From the IMG/VR virus record IMGVR_UViG_3300048902_000179, positions 1-37,491 of that record: a stretch of DNA of 37,491 bases. One strand, given 5' to 3'. Below, piece by piece: positions 24,128-34,334 of this stretch. The first letter of the stretch is position 1, and each line of letters starts with the position of its first letter. The notes below the pieces were generated by a model. The model saw only the letters and a list, made by a program, of their open reading frames with translations, ran no database searches and was not told where the DNA came from. The position numbers and the translations under genes are program-made. Origin of the DNA: a virus. Its lineage: Duplodnaviria; Caudoviricetes.

Positions 24128-26626
24128 ATGCTCACGCCCAACCCGCAGGCGCCGCAGGGGGCCATTCCGCTGATCGGCATTCCCAACAGCAAGGACATCC
24201 CGCGGCTCGTCTACACGGCGCCCTATTTCGTCCAGTCGCCGCTCGCCGAGCTGATCGAACCGGCGGTGCAGGAGGCCGTGGAGGCCATATTACCCTCATT
24301 AGTTCCACAATATGTCGACGGTGCCGCCCAGGCTGCGGTGCAGCAGTCGGCGGTGCTGCTGACCGGCAGCTCGATGTCGGGGCCGCTGATGCTCTCGCCG
24401 CTGATGCCGACCGCGGACACGATGGCGGCGAGCAAGGCCTACGTCGACACGATGGTCGCAACCGCCGGGGTGCCCGAGGTGCCGACCGTGCCAAACGGGC
24501 AGACCTGGGCGCGGCAGGTCGGGCAGTGGGTGCCGATCAACGAGCAGACCGGCGTGTTCCTGCCGATTTCCGGCGGGACCATGCAGGGCCAGATCAACAT
24601 GTCCGGCAACGCCATCACCAACCTGCCGGCAATCCCGGTGATGCCGAACGGTGCCGCCCCGGCGCAGTGGGTGCTCAACCAGCTGGCCAGCGTGTCGTTG
24701 TACCAGGGGACCTGGAACCTCGACACCAACACCCCGGACCTGTCGGCGCCGTCGACCCACGTCAACGGCTACACCTGGATCGCAATCACCGTGTCGACCA
24801 CGGGCGTCGTGATCGGCGCCGCGGTGCCGGGGCTGCAGGGCCAGACCGTCTATAACGGCGACCACGTCGTTTTCAGCGCCGCGCAGGGCAATTTCAGCGC
24901 GCTGCATGCGGGCGGGCTGACATTGCCCGAGGCCGACGCGCGCTACCTGCAATTGGCCGGCGGACAGCTCTCGGGGGCGTTGCTGCTCAACGCCAACGCC
25001 ACCCAGCCGACGCAGGCGGTGACCAAGCAGCAGCTCGATGCCGCCGTTGCGGCCGCGGGCCTGCCCGAGGCGCCGACCGATGGACAGCTCTATGGTCGCA
25101 ACGGCCTGAGCGTGGCGTGGCAACCCGTATTGCCGCTGGCCGGCGGGGTTCTGAGCGGTTCCCTGACGCTAGCCGCCAACGCGACATTGTCGCTGCAGGC
25201 CGTGCCGCTGCAGCAGCTCACCGCAACGGTCAACACTGCGGTGTCGAGCTATGTGCCGCTAGCCGGGGGCCAGATGACCGGCCTGTTGCTGCTGTCCGGC
25301 AATGCCGGGGCCAACCTCAACCCGGTGCCATTGCAGCAGCTCAACCTGATGCTGGGCAGCTACGTCAGCAAGGCCGGCGACACGATGACCGGCCCTCTCA
25401 CTGGCACCGTTATTACCGCCACCAGTTTAGCCGCTAAGCCAGCGTCAGGCTGGGCGGCGCTTAACCTGACCGCGCCCGCAGCGGGAAACCGCGCTCAGCT
25501 TAACGGTTATGTCGGCACAAACCAGCGGTGGGAACTGGATTTAGGCGACGGGGCAGCGGAGAGTACCGGCAACGCCGGAAGCAATTTTGGGCTCGCGCGG
25601 TTCAACGATGCCGGCACTTTTATCGACTTTCCGCTGACAATTAACCGCGCGACCGGCAACGCGACGTTTAGCGGCACAGTTTTGATCCCATCCGCCGTGG
25701 TCGGCGGCACTAGCGCTAACGATCCAGGGACAGGCAGTTTGTACTTGGCGGGACCAGCAACGGGTAATGGCGTCATAACTATAAATCACAGCACTTCTGG
25801 TAATAACGAGAGCGTGATCATCGGGCAGCGGGGCGGTTCAACGCGATGGTCTGTGGCTCTAGGCAGTCAGGCTGCCGAGACAGGATCAAATGTCGGCAGC
25901 GACCTTTATATCGCCCGATATAATGACAGCGGTGCGTGGATAAGTAATCCTTTGGTAATTAACCGCGCAACCGGCGCCGCGGCGTTTAGCGGCAACGTGA
26001 CGGTTGACGGCGGCAACATCGTTCTTGGGGCTGCTGGCGGCCTTGGCATTATGTACATGGGAGGAGCATCGCCAAATGCGGGGCGGATTGCTGCCAACAA
26101 TACCTCGATCAGTTTACAACTACCGCCCGGTGCGGGGGCCAGTTCGATTATCTACAGCAACCCTGGCATTGCCCTTCACACGGTCGCGAACACGGGCGAT
26201 TTGACGATTGCCGGCACCAACGCGATCAAACCGGGCGGCGGCAGCTGGGTAGCGCCAAGTGATATGCAACTAAAAGCCCGCGAGAGCATTGCTGCCTATA
26301 CCACGGGGCTTGACGCGATAGTCCAACTGCAACCCGTGACATACAAATACAATGGCAAGGCCGGTCTGCCGACAGACCAGACATTCCACGGGCTGATCGC
26401 GGACGATGTTGAAACCGTCATGCCGGAAGCGGTCGGCCGCGCTGTGCTTGGAGCGCGACCGGCAATGGGCGAGGACGAAGGCGACAAAGGCGAGGAATAC
26501 CGCACCTTCGATCAATCGCCGGTTTTGTTTGCGCTGATTAACTGCGTGAAAGAACTAAAGGCGGAACTTGATACAATAAAAGCCGGTATTCAACCAATGC
26601 CCACAGCAACACGGAGGACGAAATGA
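24128..26626 (+). CDS. Tail fibre with C-terminal peptidase S74 intramolecular chaperone
   Basis: LPLAGG.LSG.L repeats; SDMQLK...GLD.I..L.PV.Y.Y...GLIA.DV..V.PEAV; terminal coiled coil. Confidence 0.88.
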   Translation: MLTPNPQAPQGAIPLIGIPNSKDIPRLVYTAPYFVQSPLAELIEPAVQEAVEAILPSLVPQYVDGAAQAAVQQSAVLLTGSSMSGPLMLSPLMPTADTMAASKAYVDTMVATAGVPEVPTVPNGQTWARQVGQWVPINEQTGVFLPISGGTMQGQINMSGNAITNLPAIPVMPNGAAPAQWVLNQLASVSLYQGTWNLDTNTPDLSAPSTHVNGYTWIAITVSTTGVVIGAAVPGLQGQTVYNGDHVVFSAAQGNFSALHAGGLTLPEADARYLQLAGGQLSGALLLNANATQPTQAVTKQQLDAAVAAAGLPEAPTDGQLYGRNGLSVAWQPVLPLAGGVLSGSLTLAANATLSLQAVPLQQLTATVNTAVSSYVPLAGGQMTGLLLLSGNAGANLNPVPLQQLNLMLGSYVSKAGDTMTGPLTGTVITATSLAAKPASGWAALNLTAPAAGNRAQLNGYVGTNQRWELDLGDGAAESTGNAGSNFGLARFNDAGTFIDFPLTINRATGNATFSGTVLIPSAVVGGTSANDPGTGSLYLAGPATGNGVITINHSTSGNNESVIIGQRGGSTRWSVALGSQAAETGSNVGSDLYIARYNDSGAWISNPLVINRATGAAAFSGNVTVDGGNIVLGAAGGLGIMYMGGASPNAGRIAANNTSISLQLPPGAGASSIIYSNPGIALHTVANTGDLTIAGTNAIKPGGGSWVAPSDMQLKARESIAAYTTGLDAIVQLQPVTYKYNGKAGLPTDQTFHGLIADDVETVMPEAVGRAVLGARPAMGEDEGDKGEEYRTFDQSPVLFALINCVKELKAELDTIKAGIQPMPTATRRTK

Positions 26627-26787
26627 GACGCACTGACGACGCGCCAGAGGAGCGGTCCGAGGCCGCCCCGGCGGCAGAGCAGAGAGAAGAGCGGCCGAAG
26701 AGTGTCGAGGAGCGGCTGGCCGCGCTCGAGGCGACGATGGCGGCGCTAAAACCGCGGCTCGCGGTATTGGTCGGCGAAACGCCCTAG
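26623..26787 (+). CDS. 54-aa coiled-coil protein
   Basis: Hand-translated ...SVEERLAALEATMAAL...; GGAGG RBS; ATGA overlap. Confidence 0.6.
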   Translation: MRRTDDAPEERSEAAPAAEQREERPKSVEERLAALEATMAALKPRLAVLVGETP

Positions 26788-27035
26788 CCGGCGGTCGCTG
26801 CGGCGGCCAAACGCTGGCGGGTCAGGGACAGCTCGTCCTCGCGGCTGGCCAGGAGCCCGGCCATGCCTTCGATCGCGTGGCCCGGGATCGTGTTCTGGCG
26901 CGTGCGCCAGCGGCGCACCGTCATCGAGGAGACGCCCAGGCCGCGGGCCAGCGAGTTTTGCCAGTGGGGGCCAAACAGCGCCTCGCCAACCTCGGCGAGG
27001 ACATCGCTATCAAGGGAATATCGCGGAGCCCGCAT
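26784..27035 (-). CDS. XRE-like HTH protein
   Basis: GEALFGPHWQNSLARGLGVSSMTVRRW. Confidence 0.7.
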   Translation of the reverse strand: MRAPRYSLDSDVLAEVGEALFGPHWQNSLARGLGVSSMTVRRWRTRQNTIPGHAIEGMAGLLASREDELSLTRQRLAAAATAG

Positions 27036-27110
27036 GATGTCGTCCGGGGGGATTGGAGGGGTTGCGAATTTTAACTCTTTCCGCCCCCAAACTTGAGGGA
27101 ATATTGACCG

Positions 27111-27302
27111 ATGGCCGATGCAACCGACAGCAGCCCCAACATCTTCCGACGCGCCGTCGAGACTGCCGAACGGCAGCGCAATGACCGCTGGCCGGCGCGC
27201 GGCAAAACCGGGTCCCGCGGCGGCGATTATCGCCCGCTCGACAATGTCAGCCGGGAGGGGAGGCCGCCCGAGCCCTATCGGAAATACCCGAGCGCTCGAT
27301 GA
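27111..27302 (+). CDS. Hypothetical protein
   Basis: 63 aa; ATGA-coupled to the next gene. Confidence 0.45.
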   Translation: MADATDSSPNIFRRAVETAERQRNDRWPARGKTGSRGGDYRPLDNVSREGRPPEPYRKYPSAR

Positions 27303-27658
27303 GCGAGCCGATCTATTTTGTGATCGAGCGCAGCGCCTCGGGGCAGGAGATCGCCTGTCTCTACTATGACCGGATGTTCGCCCGCGCGAGTAAGCGGGTC
27401 TACACGCTAAGGATCGACAGGCTGCCACCGGATCAGCAGCAGTTCTGGCTGTCGAAGCCTATCGGCGAGCTTCTCGACGTCTACCACTGGCTGCGCGACG
27501 AGGGCACGCTGCCGCCAAGCAACCTTGCCGATCCGCCTGCCTCGAAGCCACGCCATGGGCGGGAGCTGGGCAACTGGTGGACCCAGCCAGTACCGCCCTG
27601 GCCGCAGCAGCCACCGGAGCCATTACCGGATGCCGCTACCTGGGAGCCCAAAAAGTGA
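27299..27658 (+). CDS. Hypothetical protein
   Basis: 119 aa; globular N-terminus and Pro/Trp-rich tail. Confidence 0.65.
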   Translation: MSEPIYFVIERSASGQEIACLYYDRMFARASKRVYTLRIDRLPPDQQQFWLSKPIGELLDVYHWLRDEGTLPPSNLADPPASKPRHGRELGNWWTQPVPPWPQQPPEPLPDAATWEPKK

Positions 27659-27671
27659 CAAGCACCGCCCA

Positions 27672-27962
27672 TTAACCCGGTGCGGCTTCCTCCGGGGGCA
27701 GCAGCCCGTGGTCTGCCAAGATCTGGAAAGCGGCGTCGTAGAACTGCTGCGCCTCGGGCTGCGTCATCGCTTCAAAGGCGATCGATCGCGGCACTATCAC
27801 GCGCCGCCCGGTCAGGAGTGTCACCGGCTCGTGGTATCCGGCGGCGATCTTTAAGGCCGCGTGCAGCTCCTGCGGCGTACCCCAGCGGCCCGGGTACGCC
27901 TCGAGGACGCGCTCGAGGGTGCGCCAGTAGAGCGCGTTCTGGGAAATAGAGCGCGGTGTCAC
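27672..27962 (-). CDS. DUF1367/NinB-like recombination-associated protein
   Basis: YW..L, LH.ALK..AGY, PRSIAFEAM.Q.E..FYD. Confidence 0.65.
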   Translation of the reverse strand: MTPRSISQNALYWRTLERVLEAYPGRWGTPQELHAALKIAAGYHEPVTLLTGRRVIVPRSIAFEAMTQPEAQQFYDAAFQILADHGLLPPEEAAPG

Positions 27963-28123
27963 AGAAGGCGCAGTGCCCGCAACAGGGCCGCGTCGCGGGC
28001 CGCACGGGCAGCCGCGTCACCCTTGGGCGGCGGCGGCGGCTGCATCGGCGCCGGCTTGCCGTCCGGGTCGAGCCCGGCCATGCGCAGGATCCGGCGGCGC
28101 AGCAGATCCTGGGCCGGGGTCAT
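27959..28123 (-). CDS. Hypothetical protein
   Basis: [11 protein letters not shown]...; 4-nt overlaps at both ends. Confidence 0.55.
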   Translation of the reverse strand: MTPAQDLLRRRILRMAGLDPDGKPAPMQPPPPPKGDAAARAARDAALLRALRLL

Positions 28124-29064
28124 GCCACCGGCTCCGCTTCGATGTAATCGGGCAGGGCCTCGGGCACGGCGGCCTCGAGCCGTTCCTCCACGCGAGCGAT
28201 GTTGACCGTGAGGCGCTGGTAGACCTTGGGCGACTGAGCGGCGCAGGCATCGAGCGCCGTCTGGTTCCAGGTCACCCAGTTGTTGAGATCGGCGATCGTG
28301 TCGACCAGCTGCAGTTGCGCGACAAACGCGCTGCCCCAACCGACCCAGCCGCCGGGTGAATCCGGGTGCGGCATTGCCTGCGGCTTCAGCCGCTCGACCT
28401 CAACCTCGCCGGTTTCGGGATCGTGCGGCGGGATACGGGGTTGTGCGTATGCCGGTGGCGGCGCATCGGCGGCCGGCATCTCGGAGTCGGTATAGAGCCC
28501 GGCCAGATCCTGCGGGAATGCGCGGCGCAGGGCGAGGCTCTCCGCGCATTTGGCGATCATCACGTCGCCCATCCGGGCCCACATGCTGGTCGGCTCGCCG
28601 TTGCGGTTGCGCTGCGCATAGGCGTCGTGCCGGGCGATGCCATAACAGGGCTCGGCAAAATCGCGCCGCAACACCCCGACCCGGGCCGCGGCCGGGGGCG
28701 TGGCTTTCACCCAAACGTCGTGCCAAACCCCATCAGGCCCGCACCATTCGGGGCCGGTCTGGCCGGCATATTGGCCGGACCTCTCCGCAATCAGCCGGAA
28801 GCCGTCGATACTGACCTGGGTCGAGCGGACGGTGACCCATTGATCGTCCCGGCGTTCGCGACGCTCGACGCTGAATATCTGGCGGGCGAAGGGGTCGAGG
28901 CCAGTCCGGCCGCACTGGTACAAAAAGAGCTGCAGCTCGTCGTCGGTGGCGCCGCGGCAGATCGTCCTTTTGATCAGGTCAACCTGTTCCGGGGTAAACC
29001 GCGACAGCACCTGCCGGGCTGCCGCCTCGGCGCGCTCGGCGCGATGAATCGTCATGTCGTTCAT
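28120..29064 (-). CDS. bet: Phage recombination protein Bet (Red-beta/RecT family)
   Basis: [51 protein letters not shown]. Confidence 0.92.
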   Translation of the reverse strand: MNDMTIHRAERAEAAARQVLSRFTPEQVDLIKRTICRGATDDELQLFLYQCGRTGLDPFARQIFSVERRERRDDQWVTVRSTQVSIDGFRLIAERSGQYAGQTGPEWCGPDGVWHDVWVKATPPAAARVGVLRRDFAEPCYGIARHDAYAQRNRNGEPTSMWARMGDVMIAKCAESLALRRAFPQDLAGLYTDSEMPAADAPPPAYAQPRIPPHDPETGEVEVERLKPQAMPHPDSPGGWVGWGSAFVAQLQLVDTIADLNNWVTWNQTALDACAAQSPKVYQRLTVNIARVEERLEAAVPEALPDYIEAEPVA

Positions 29065-29858
29065 GCGGCATCCTCCTTCAGTAGCAAGCGGCCGGCGCGG
29101 TCGCGGGCGATCCGCACACCGTGCCCGTAGGCCTCGCGGACATCCGCCTCGACGAGGGCCCGCAGGCTCTTGGCCGCGGTCTCGCAGGCCCTGGCCGCGC
29201 AGCGGTGCTGCAGCCACGCATCGGCGGCCGAGCCCCAGGCGTTGTTGCCCTGCATATCGATGATGCGGACCGCTTCGACCGGCACCGTGCTTCCCGGCAG
29301 CGGGCCCGGCGGCTGCAAACTCTCGACCCGGCCCCAGAACCACGCGATGCGGTCCCAGACCTCGCGCTCGTATTCCGGTGTCCAGCGCAGCGCGTATTCC
29401 CGCGGCTCGGCACCGCCGTGGACGACCAAGAGCGCGGCATGGGTTGCACCCGTGCAGGCCCGCTGCACGACCATCTGCGCCGCGTAATAGGCCAGGACGT
29501 CGTCGAGCAGCCGATGATGCCCCGGCGCCTTGACGTCCAGCACGGTGGCGTCGGCCGGGCGATAGGCGTCTAGTGTGCAGCCGATATAGGGCAAAGTTGG
29601 GTGAGACACCCACTCGCCCCTACGGTCTAACGTGTGACCCGTTTTCCGCTCATGCCAGTCAAGCGCAAAGGGTTCGATCCAGCCCCCAAACGACGGTGCC
29701 CAGACCTCTGACAGATCGGTCTCGACATAGGCCGGGTGCTCTGTCAGCCGCAGCCACTCCTCGACGATGCGCGACTGGTTTCCTGCCAGTAAAGCCGGCG
29801 CGAATGATGCCCCTATTTTGCCGCGGCGGGCTTCTCTTTGCGCCTCGGTCAGGGCCAT
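29061..29858 (-). CDS. YqaJ/lambda-exonuclease family nuclease
   Basis: RRGKIGAS, G...E, GCTLD, DVK, Y.AQ; adjacent to bet. Confidence 0.85.
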   Translation of the reverse strand: MALTEAQREARRGKIGASFAPALLAGNQSRIVEEWLRLTEHPAYVETDLSEVWAPSFGGWIEPFALDWHERKTGHTLDRRGEWVSHPTLPYIGCTLDAYRPADATVLDVKAPGHHRLLDDVLAYYAAQMVVQRACTGATHAALLVVHGGAEPREYALRWTPEYEREVWDRIAWFWGRVESLQPPGPLPGSTVPVEAVRIIDMQGNNAWGSAADAWLQHRCAARACETAAKSLRALVEADVREAYGHGVRIARDRAGRLLLKEDAA

Positions 29859-30021
29859 GGAATAGCTCCAAATCCAGGCCCGAAGTTTAGCATTCGGGGG
29901 TAGTATTTGGCCATGGTGGCAATGCAACAAAAGCTGAACAGCCATGGCAAATTTTGGTATGAATGAACATTCAAATTCGGGTCTTACCGAAGTTTCAAGA
30001 TTGGATCGGGGAGGTGGATGC
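29859..30021. promoter_or_regulatory. Divergent early control region
   Basis: AT-rich gap between divergent operons; GCCATGG at 29854, 29910 and 29941. Confidence 0.55.
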
Positions 30022-30273
30022 GTGATCTACGGTATTCACCTGATAAGGGCCCATCGAGGCTTGATGTCGTGGTTAGCGCCGCGGTTGGGAATACACGTCT
30101 CAACGATATCGGGATGGCGACAGGTGCCGCCTGAGCGGGTGCATGAAATCGAGCGACTGACCGGGCTGCCGCGCTACTGGATCCGGCCCGATCTGTGGGC
30201 GCCGCCGTGGGGCAGCGAAGAGGGCTGGTTCCGGATGCACGGCAATGGCGGGCTGCCGCCGGGAGAGGCGTGA
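30022..30273 (+). CDS. Cro/YdaS-like HTH regulator
   Basis: LA..LGI..STISGW..VP.ER...IE..TG......RPDL; GGAGG RBS before the GTG. Confidence 0.85.
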   Translation: MIYGIHLIRAHRGLMSWLAPRLGIHVSTISGWRQVPPERVHEIERLTGLPRYWIRPDLWAPPWGSEEGWFRMHGNGGLPPGEA

Positions 30274-30710
30274 TGGTAGCGGCCGCAGCCCGGCGCAAAC
30301 CGGCGCGCTTCAAGCTTTCTGCGCCGATCGTGCGCGAGCCGGTGCTGCACCGGGAGGTGGCCCAGGTGCTGCGGCTCGAGATCGCGGCGCCGGGTCACGT
30401 CAGCCGCGAGGGGGTGGTCTGGTGGAGCATCGACATCGCGGCCTATGCCGGCAGCGTGCCGGGGCTGCGGACCGCGCGCGGGGTTATTGCCGGCATTCCC
30501 GATATCGTCGTGCTGTATGTCGGCCGCGCTTTTTTTGTGGAGCTAAAGGCCCAGGATGGTTTGCTTTCGCCAGCGCAGGAGAGGGTCGGCACCAGCATTC
30601 TACTTGCGGACGCCCGCTATGGAGTCGCACGATCGTCACATGAGGTGCTGGTGCTGCTCGATGGCTGGGAGATACCTCGCCGTCGTGCTGTAAAAACAGG
30701 CACGCTCTAG
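30273..30710 (+). CDS. VRR-NUC domain nuclease
   Basis: GV.AGIPD...FVELKA..G.LS.AQ PD-(D/E)xK motif. Confidence 0.85.
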   Translation: MVAAAARRKPARFKLSAPIVREPVLHREVAQVLRLEIAAPGHVSREGVVWWSIDIAAYAGSVPGLRTARGVIAGIPDIVVLYVGRAFFVELKAQDGLLSPAQERVGTSILLADARYGVARSSHEVLVLLDGWEIPRRRAVKTGTL

Positions 30711-30770
30711 CAGCGTTGCGCTGCGCAAACACCGGGGGCTCGCGCGCAGAACAAACATAGGTTAAGCATA

Positions 30771-30798
30771 CAAAAGGCCCCTGCCAGGGGGCCCTTTG
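30771..30798. terminator. Possible bidirectional terminator
   Basis: Imperfect GC hairpin flanked by aaaa and ttt. Confidence 0.3.
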
Positions 30799-30919
30799 CT
30801 TGGTTGGGATAGGGTTAATCTAGGAGAGACACCCTAGATGATCCTGTCCCGGCCGCATTACGCAAGCGAAAACACCGTGCGTGTTTTCGTACTGCGACAT
30901 TTTTGCCGGGGTAACGCAT

Positions 30920-32752
30920 GTGGAACCGACGCGGGATGAGCTTATCCGGGTGGCTTCGAAAGTTTGGGGCCCGCCCAACGTCCCGCTCAGTAACGGCACA
31001 AGAATCCGGTTTGGAACAAAGGGTTCCAAGGCCCTAGACCTGCAGAAACGGGTCTGGGCCGACCACGAGACGGGGACGGGCGGCGGCTGGGTTGCGCTCT
31101 ACCGGCTGGCCGACGAGCCCCTGCCGCGGGACGACGAACCTCCCCCCAGGGACAGGCCGCAGACGACCTACGAGTACCGCGGCGCGGACGGTGAGCTGCT
31201 GTTCGAGGTCGTGCGGCTACCCGGTCACCGCTTCTTTCAACGCCGGCCGAACGGGACCGGCGGCTGGATCCCCGATCTCGCCGGGGTCACGCGGGTGCTG
31301 TACCGGCTGCCCGAATTGCTGGCCTCCGGGGACGAGATCGTCTGGGTCGCGGAGGGCGAGAAGGACGTCGACAATCTGCGGCGCTGCGGGCTGGCCGCGA
31401 CGACCAACCCGATGGGCGCCGGGCGCGGCAAGTGGCTGCCGAGCTACAGCGAGGCGCTGCGCGGGCGCGCAGTCGCGCTATTGCCGGACAATGACGAAGT
31501 TGGGCTGAGCCACATGGCGGCGATCGCCGCTGCGCTGGCCGGGGTGGCGCGCTCGGTGCGCACCGTGGTGCTGCCGGGGCTGGGGGAGGGCGAGGACGTC
31601 TCGGATTGGCTGCTGCGTGGCGGGGACGCGGCGGGGCTCGAGCGGCTCTATCGCGAGGCCGAGCCGCCGCGGGGGGTGGCCCGGTTGCGGAGCGGGACGG
31701 TTTTTGCGGGGGGGTACGAGGTGCCGAACTGGCTGATCGACGGGGTGTTGCAGCGCGGCCGGCTGTATGCCTGCACCTCTCTGACCAACCACGGCAAGAC
31801 CGCGGTCTGGCTGCACAATGCCTGCATGGTCCAGGCCGGACGAGCGGTCGCCGGGCTCAGCGTGGATCGGGCCCCGACGCTGTACCTCGCGGGCGAAAAC
31901 CCCACCGATCTGCAGGGCCGCATGCTTGGGACCATGCGGGAGCTGGGTCTGCGGGAGCTGCCCTATGTGTTGCCGGAAGCCTTTCCGATGACCGAGGAGG
32001 AGCTGGAGCGGCTCAAGGCCGAATGCCGGGCGATGGACATACCATGGGGACTGATCGTCGGCGATACGGCGGCGAGCTTTTTCCCGGGCGACGACGAGAA
32101 CGACAATGTCCAGGCCGCAGGGTACGGCCGGGCGCTGCGGTCATTGACCGAATTGCCCGGCAATCCCGCGGTGTTGGTGCTGTCGCACCCGGTCAAGAAC
32201 GCGGCACGGGATAACCTGCTGCCGCGCGGCGGCGGCGCGTTTCTGAACGAATTGGACGGCAACCTCGTGCTGTGGAGCGAGAACCTCGGGGAGATGACGC
32301 AGCTGCACTGGCAGGGGAAGATCCGGGGCCCGAATTTCGACCCGATCACCTTCAAGTACCGGCTCGTGGAGACGGGGCTCAAGGACAAGCGAGGTCGGCC
32401 GGACACGACCATCGTCGCCGAGCCGATCGATGATTTCGAGGCGGCAAACCACGCCGCCCAGGCAATCGCCAACGAGGACGCGGTGCTGGTGCACCTCAAC
32501 CGAACGCCGGATATCTCGCTGGCGCAGATCGCGACTGCCTGCGGCTGGATCAACGAGGCCGGGGTGGCGGAAAAGTGGAAGGCTCAGCGCACCGTCGCAA
32601 AGCTGAAGCGGGACGGGCTGATCAAACAATTCCGCAATAAATGGACGATCACCAAGGCCGGGGAAGAGGTGCTCGCGGCGGAGCCGTTGCAGGCCGCCGT
32701 AGCTGCTACGGAAGGTGCTACGGCAAGAGCCGCAAAACGGGCTGAATCGTAG
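30920..32752 (+). CDS. TOPRIM primase fused to an AAA_25/RepA-like helicase
   Basis: EGEKD, LPDND, DVSDW; Walker A SLTNHGKT; Walker B LIVGDT; start inferred at GTG 30920. Confidence 0.88.
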   Translation: MEPTRDELIRVASKVWGPPNVPLSNGTRIRFGTKGSKALDLQKRVWADHETGTGGGWVALYRLADEPLPRDDEPPPRDRPQTTYEYRGADGELLFEVVRLPGHRFFQRRPNGTGGWIPDLAGVTRVLYRLPELLASGDEIVWVAEGEKDVDNLRRCGLAATTNPMGAGRGKWLPSYSEALRGRAVALLPDNDEVGLSHMAAIAAALAGVARSVRTVVLPGLGEGEDVSDWLLRGGDAAGLERLYREAEPPRGVARLRSGTVFAGGYEVPNWLIDGVLQRGRLYACTSLTNHGKTAVWLHNACMVQAGRAVAGLSVDRAPTLYLAGENPTDLQGRMLGTMRELGLRELPYVLPEAFPMTEEELERLKAECRAMDIPWGLIVGDTAASFFPGDDENDNVQAAGYGRALRSLTELPGNPAVLVLSHPVKNAARDNLLPRGGGAFLNELDGNLVLWSENLGEMTQLHWQGKIRGPNFDPITFKYRLVETGLKDKRGRPDTTIVAEPIDDFEAANHAAQAIANEDAVLVHLNRTPDISLAQIATACGWINEAGVAEKWKAQRTVAKLKRDGLIKQFRNKWTITKAGEEVLAAEPLQAAVAATEGATARAAKRAES

Positions 32753-32928
32753 CACTGCTTCGTAGCATGCTACGGCGCGATCAAAAATCGGGGTTTTCTT
32801 CAATGTTTTCAAGCAGTAGCAGTGCTACGGCCTAGCCTCTGGGAACCCCGAAGTCTGAGGGGTTTCACAGAGGTGCTACGGCCTCTTACCCTCTACCCCC
32901 CCCTAAAGGGGGGGGAGGTAGGGCTACG
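32698..32928. other. Putative replication origin
   Basis: About ten GCTACG/CGTAGC iterons in both orientations, an AT-rich patch at ~32781-32812 and a C8-TAAA-G8 palindrome at 32896-32915. Confidence 0.7.
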
Positions 32929-32953
32929 CGAAAATCGATTTTCGAGGGGTTCG

Positions 32954-33169
32954 ATGACCCAGGAGATGCTGTTCCTGTGGCGCGCCACCAACGAGCTGCT
33001 CGGGCGCGCCATCGCGGCCTACGAGCAGCGGAACGAACTCGACGCGCGCCGGCTCGAGTTCGAACTGCAGCGCGATGTCCGAATCGCGGCGACGGCAGAA
33101 GCCAAAGCCGGGCTGGAGCGGCAGCGCGCGCAGCGCTTGGCGAAGAAGCGTAAAACCTCTCGAAATTGA
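32954..33169 (+). CDS. Hypothetical coiled-coil protein
   Basis: GAGGGG RBS; MTQEMLFLWR... Confidence 0.6.
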   Translation: MTQEMLFLWRATNELLGRAIAAYEQRNELDARRLEFELQRDVRIAATAEAKAGLERQRAQRLAKKRKTSRN

Positions 33170-33221
33170 TGCGAAATGGCGTATTTTTGGGGCCCGGAAA
33201 TTGCGGTCAGTTCGCACCTAG

Positions 33222-33623
33222 ATGGCTCGAGAACACCTCGTTGCGCCCTGGCCAAAAGGGCATATGCCGGCCACCTCGCGACGCTCGGCTGCGGTCGATA
33301 AAGCGCTGCGAATGGCGCGGAAACTCTGCCCCGAGGCCGTTTCGTTCTGCGCCCGCGTCATGCGCGACGAGGATGCGCTGCCGGCGTATCGGCTGCGCGC
33401 CGTCGAGATAATTTTGGCCAACGGGATGCCGAAAGGCGACAGCGCCGCGCGGCGGGCGCTCGACGCCGAGACTGGGGTCACCTCGCTGCGCGTCGAGTTC
33501 GTCGCGGCCGATGGCTCGGTCGTGAGCTTCAAGCAGGATCAGCTGCCGCCTGTTGCGCCCAGGATTATCGAGCGGCCGTTTGCGACGATCGATCACGAGC
33601 CCGATTCGCAAACCCAGCCATGA
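33222..33623 (+). CDS. Putative terminase small subunit
   Basis: W.KG N-terminus, AR....EA, R..A...IL..G helical pattern, C-terminal beta strand LRVEFV. Confidence 0.5.
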   Translation: MAREHLVAPWPKGHMPATSRRSAAVDKALRMARKLCPEAVSFCARVMRDEDALPAYRLRAVEIILANGMPKGDSAARRALDAETGVTSLRVEFVAADGSVVSFKQDQLPPVAPRIIERPFATIDHEPDSQTQP

Positions 33624-33762
33624 ACCCCGCCTTCGTGCCATTGACCTACCCTTACGGCGGCCCGCGGTTGGTGCGCCGCAAGATTAGCGAGAACCTCAGG
33701 TTTCGGCTGGCCGGGCAGATCGCCGGCGGCCTTGTGCGCCGCGCCTCTCCGGAAGGCGTGCC

Positions 33763-34101
33763 ATGAGGGCTATCCTCTGGCCCCCGGACCGGCTCGAGGT
33801 TCTGCGGGCGGCTGCCAGGGATGGCTCGACGACGGTTGAGGTGGCGCGATCGCTGGGGCTGACCTACAAGCAGGTGCAAAACGCGGTGCGGTATTACGGC
33901 ATCCCGTTGGCCAGAACGCGTGCCGTGAGTCTCCCGCGGCCGCCGCCAGAGACTGCGGCGGCCCTGCGCGCCCGCTGGACAGAGCGAATGCCCGAGCTGA
34001 AGGCCAAGCTGCTGCGGGACCTGCTGCTAAAGGGTCTTGTCTCGTTAGCCTCTAGACCCGCCGCTTTGGAGGCGTCTCGCAATCAAAACCAACCCTCATG
34101 A
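33763..34101 (+). CDS. GcrA-like HTH protein
   Basis: W..DRLE.L.....G.T..E.A..LG.T...V. Confidence 0.55.
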   Translation: MRAILWPPDRLEVLRAAARDGSTTVEVARSLGLTYKQVQNAVRYYGIPLARTRAVSLPRPPPETAAALRARWTERMPELKAKLLRDLLLKGLVSLASRPAALEASRNQNQPS

Positions 34102-34147
34102 GACGCGAAAAGTGTCTCATCGCGACGTCTGCCTGCGGTATACCCGA

Positions 34148-34327
34148 ATGAGACGTAAGATCGTGCAGCTTGCCGCCACCCACTGGCCCGAGGAAGACGT
34201 CGACGAGGGCGACGCGCTGTTCGCATTGTGCGACGACGGCAGCGTGTGGCTGCATCATTGGAGGTTTAAGGATCATCCCGAAGGCTGGGAGCGGCTGGCC
34301 GACATACCGCAGGATTGCCCCGAATGA
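34148..34327 (+). CDS. Small phage hypothetical protein
   Basis: RKIVQLA...LFALCDDGSVW...W..L.DIPQ. Confidence 0.7.
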   Translation: MRRKIVQLAATHWPEEDVDEGDALFALCDDGSVWLHHWRFKDHPEGWERLADIPQDCPE

Positions 34328-34334
34328 GACGGCC

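Noticed and set aside
29065-29613. N-terminal extension of Bet in the ORF track (497 aa)
   Set aside because: Overlaps the exonuclease; the real start at 29064 has an AAGGAGG RBS and ATGA coupling
30755-30820. CtrA-binding site
   Set aside because: Only isolated GGTTAA half-sites; no TTAA-N7-TTAA spacing
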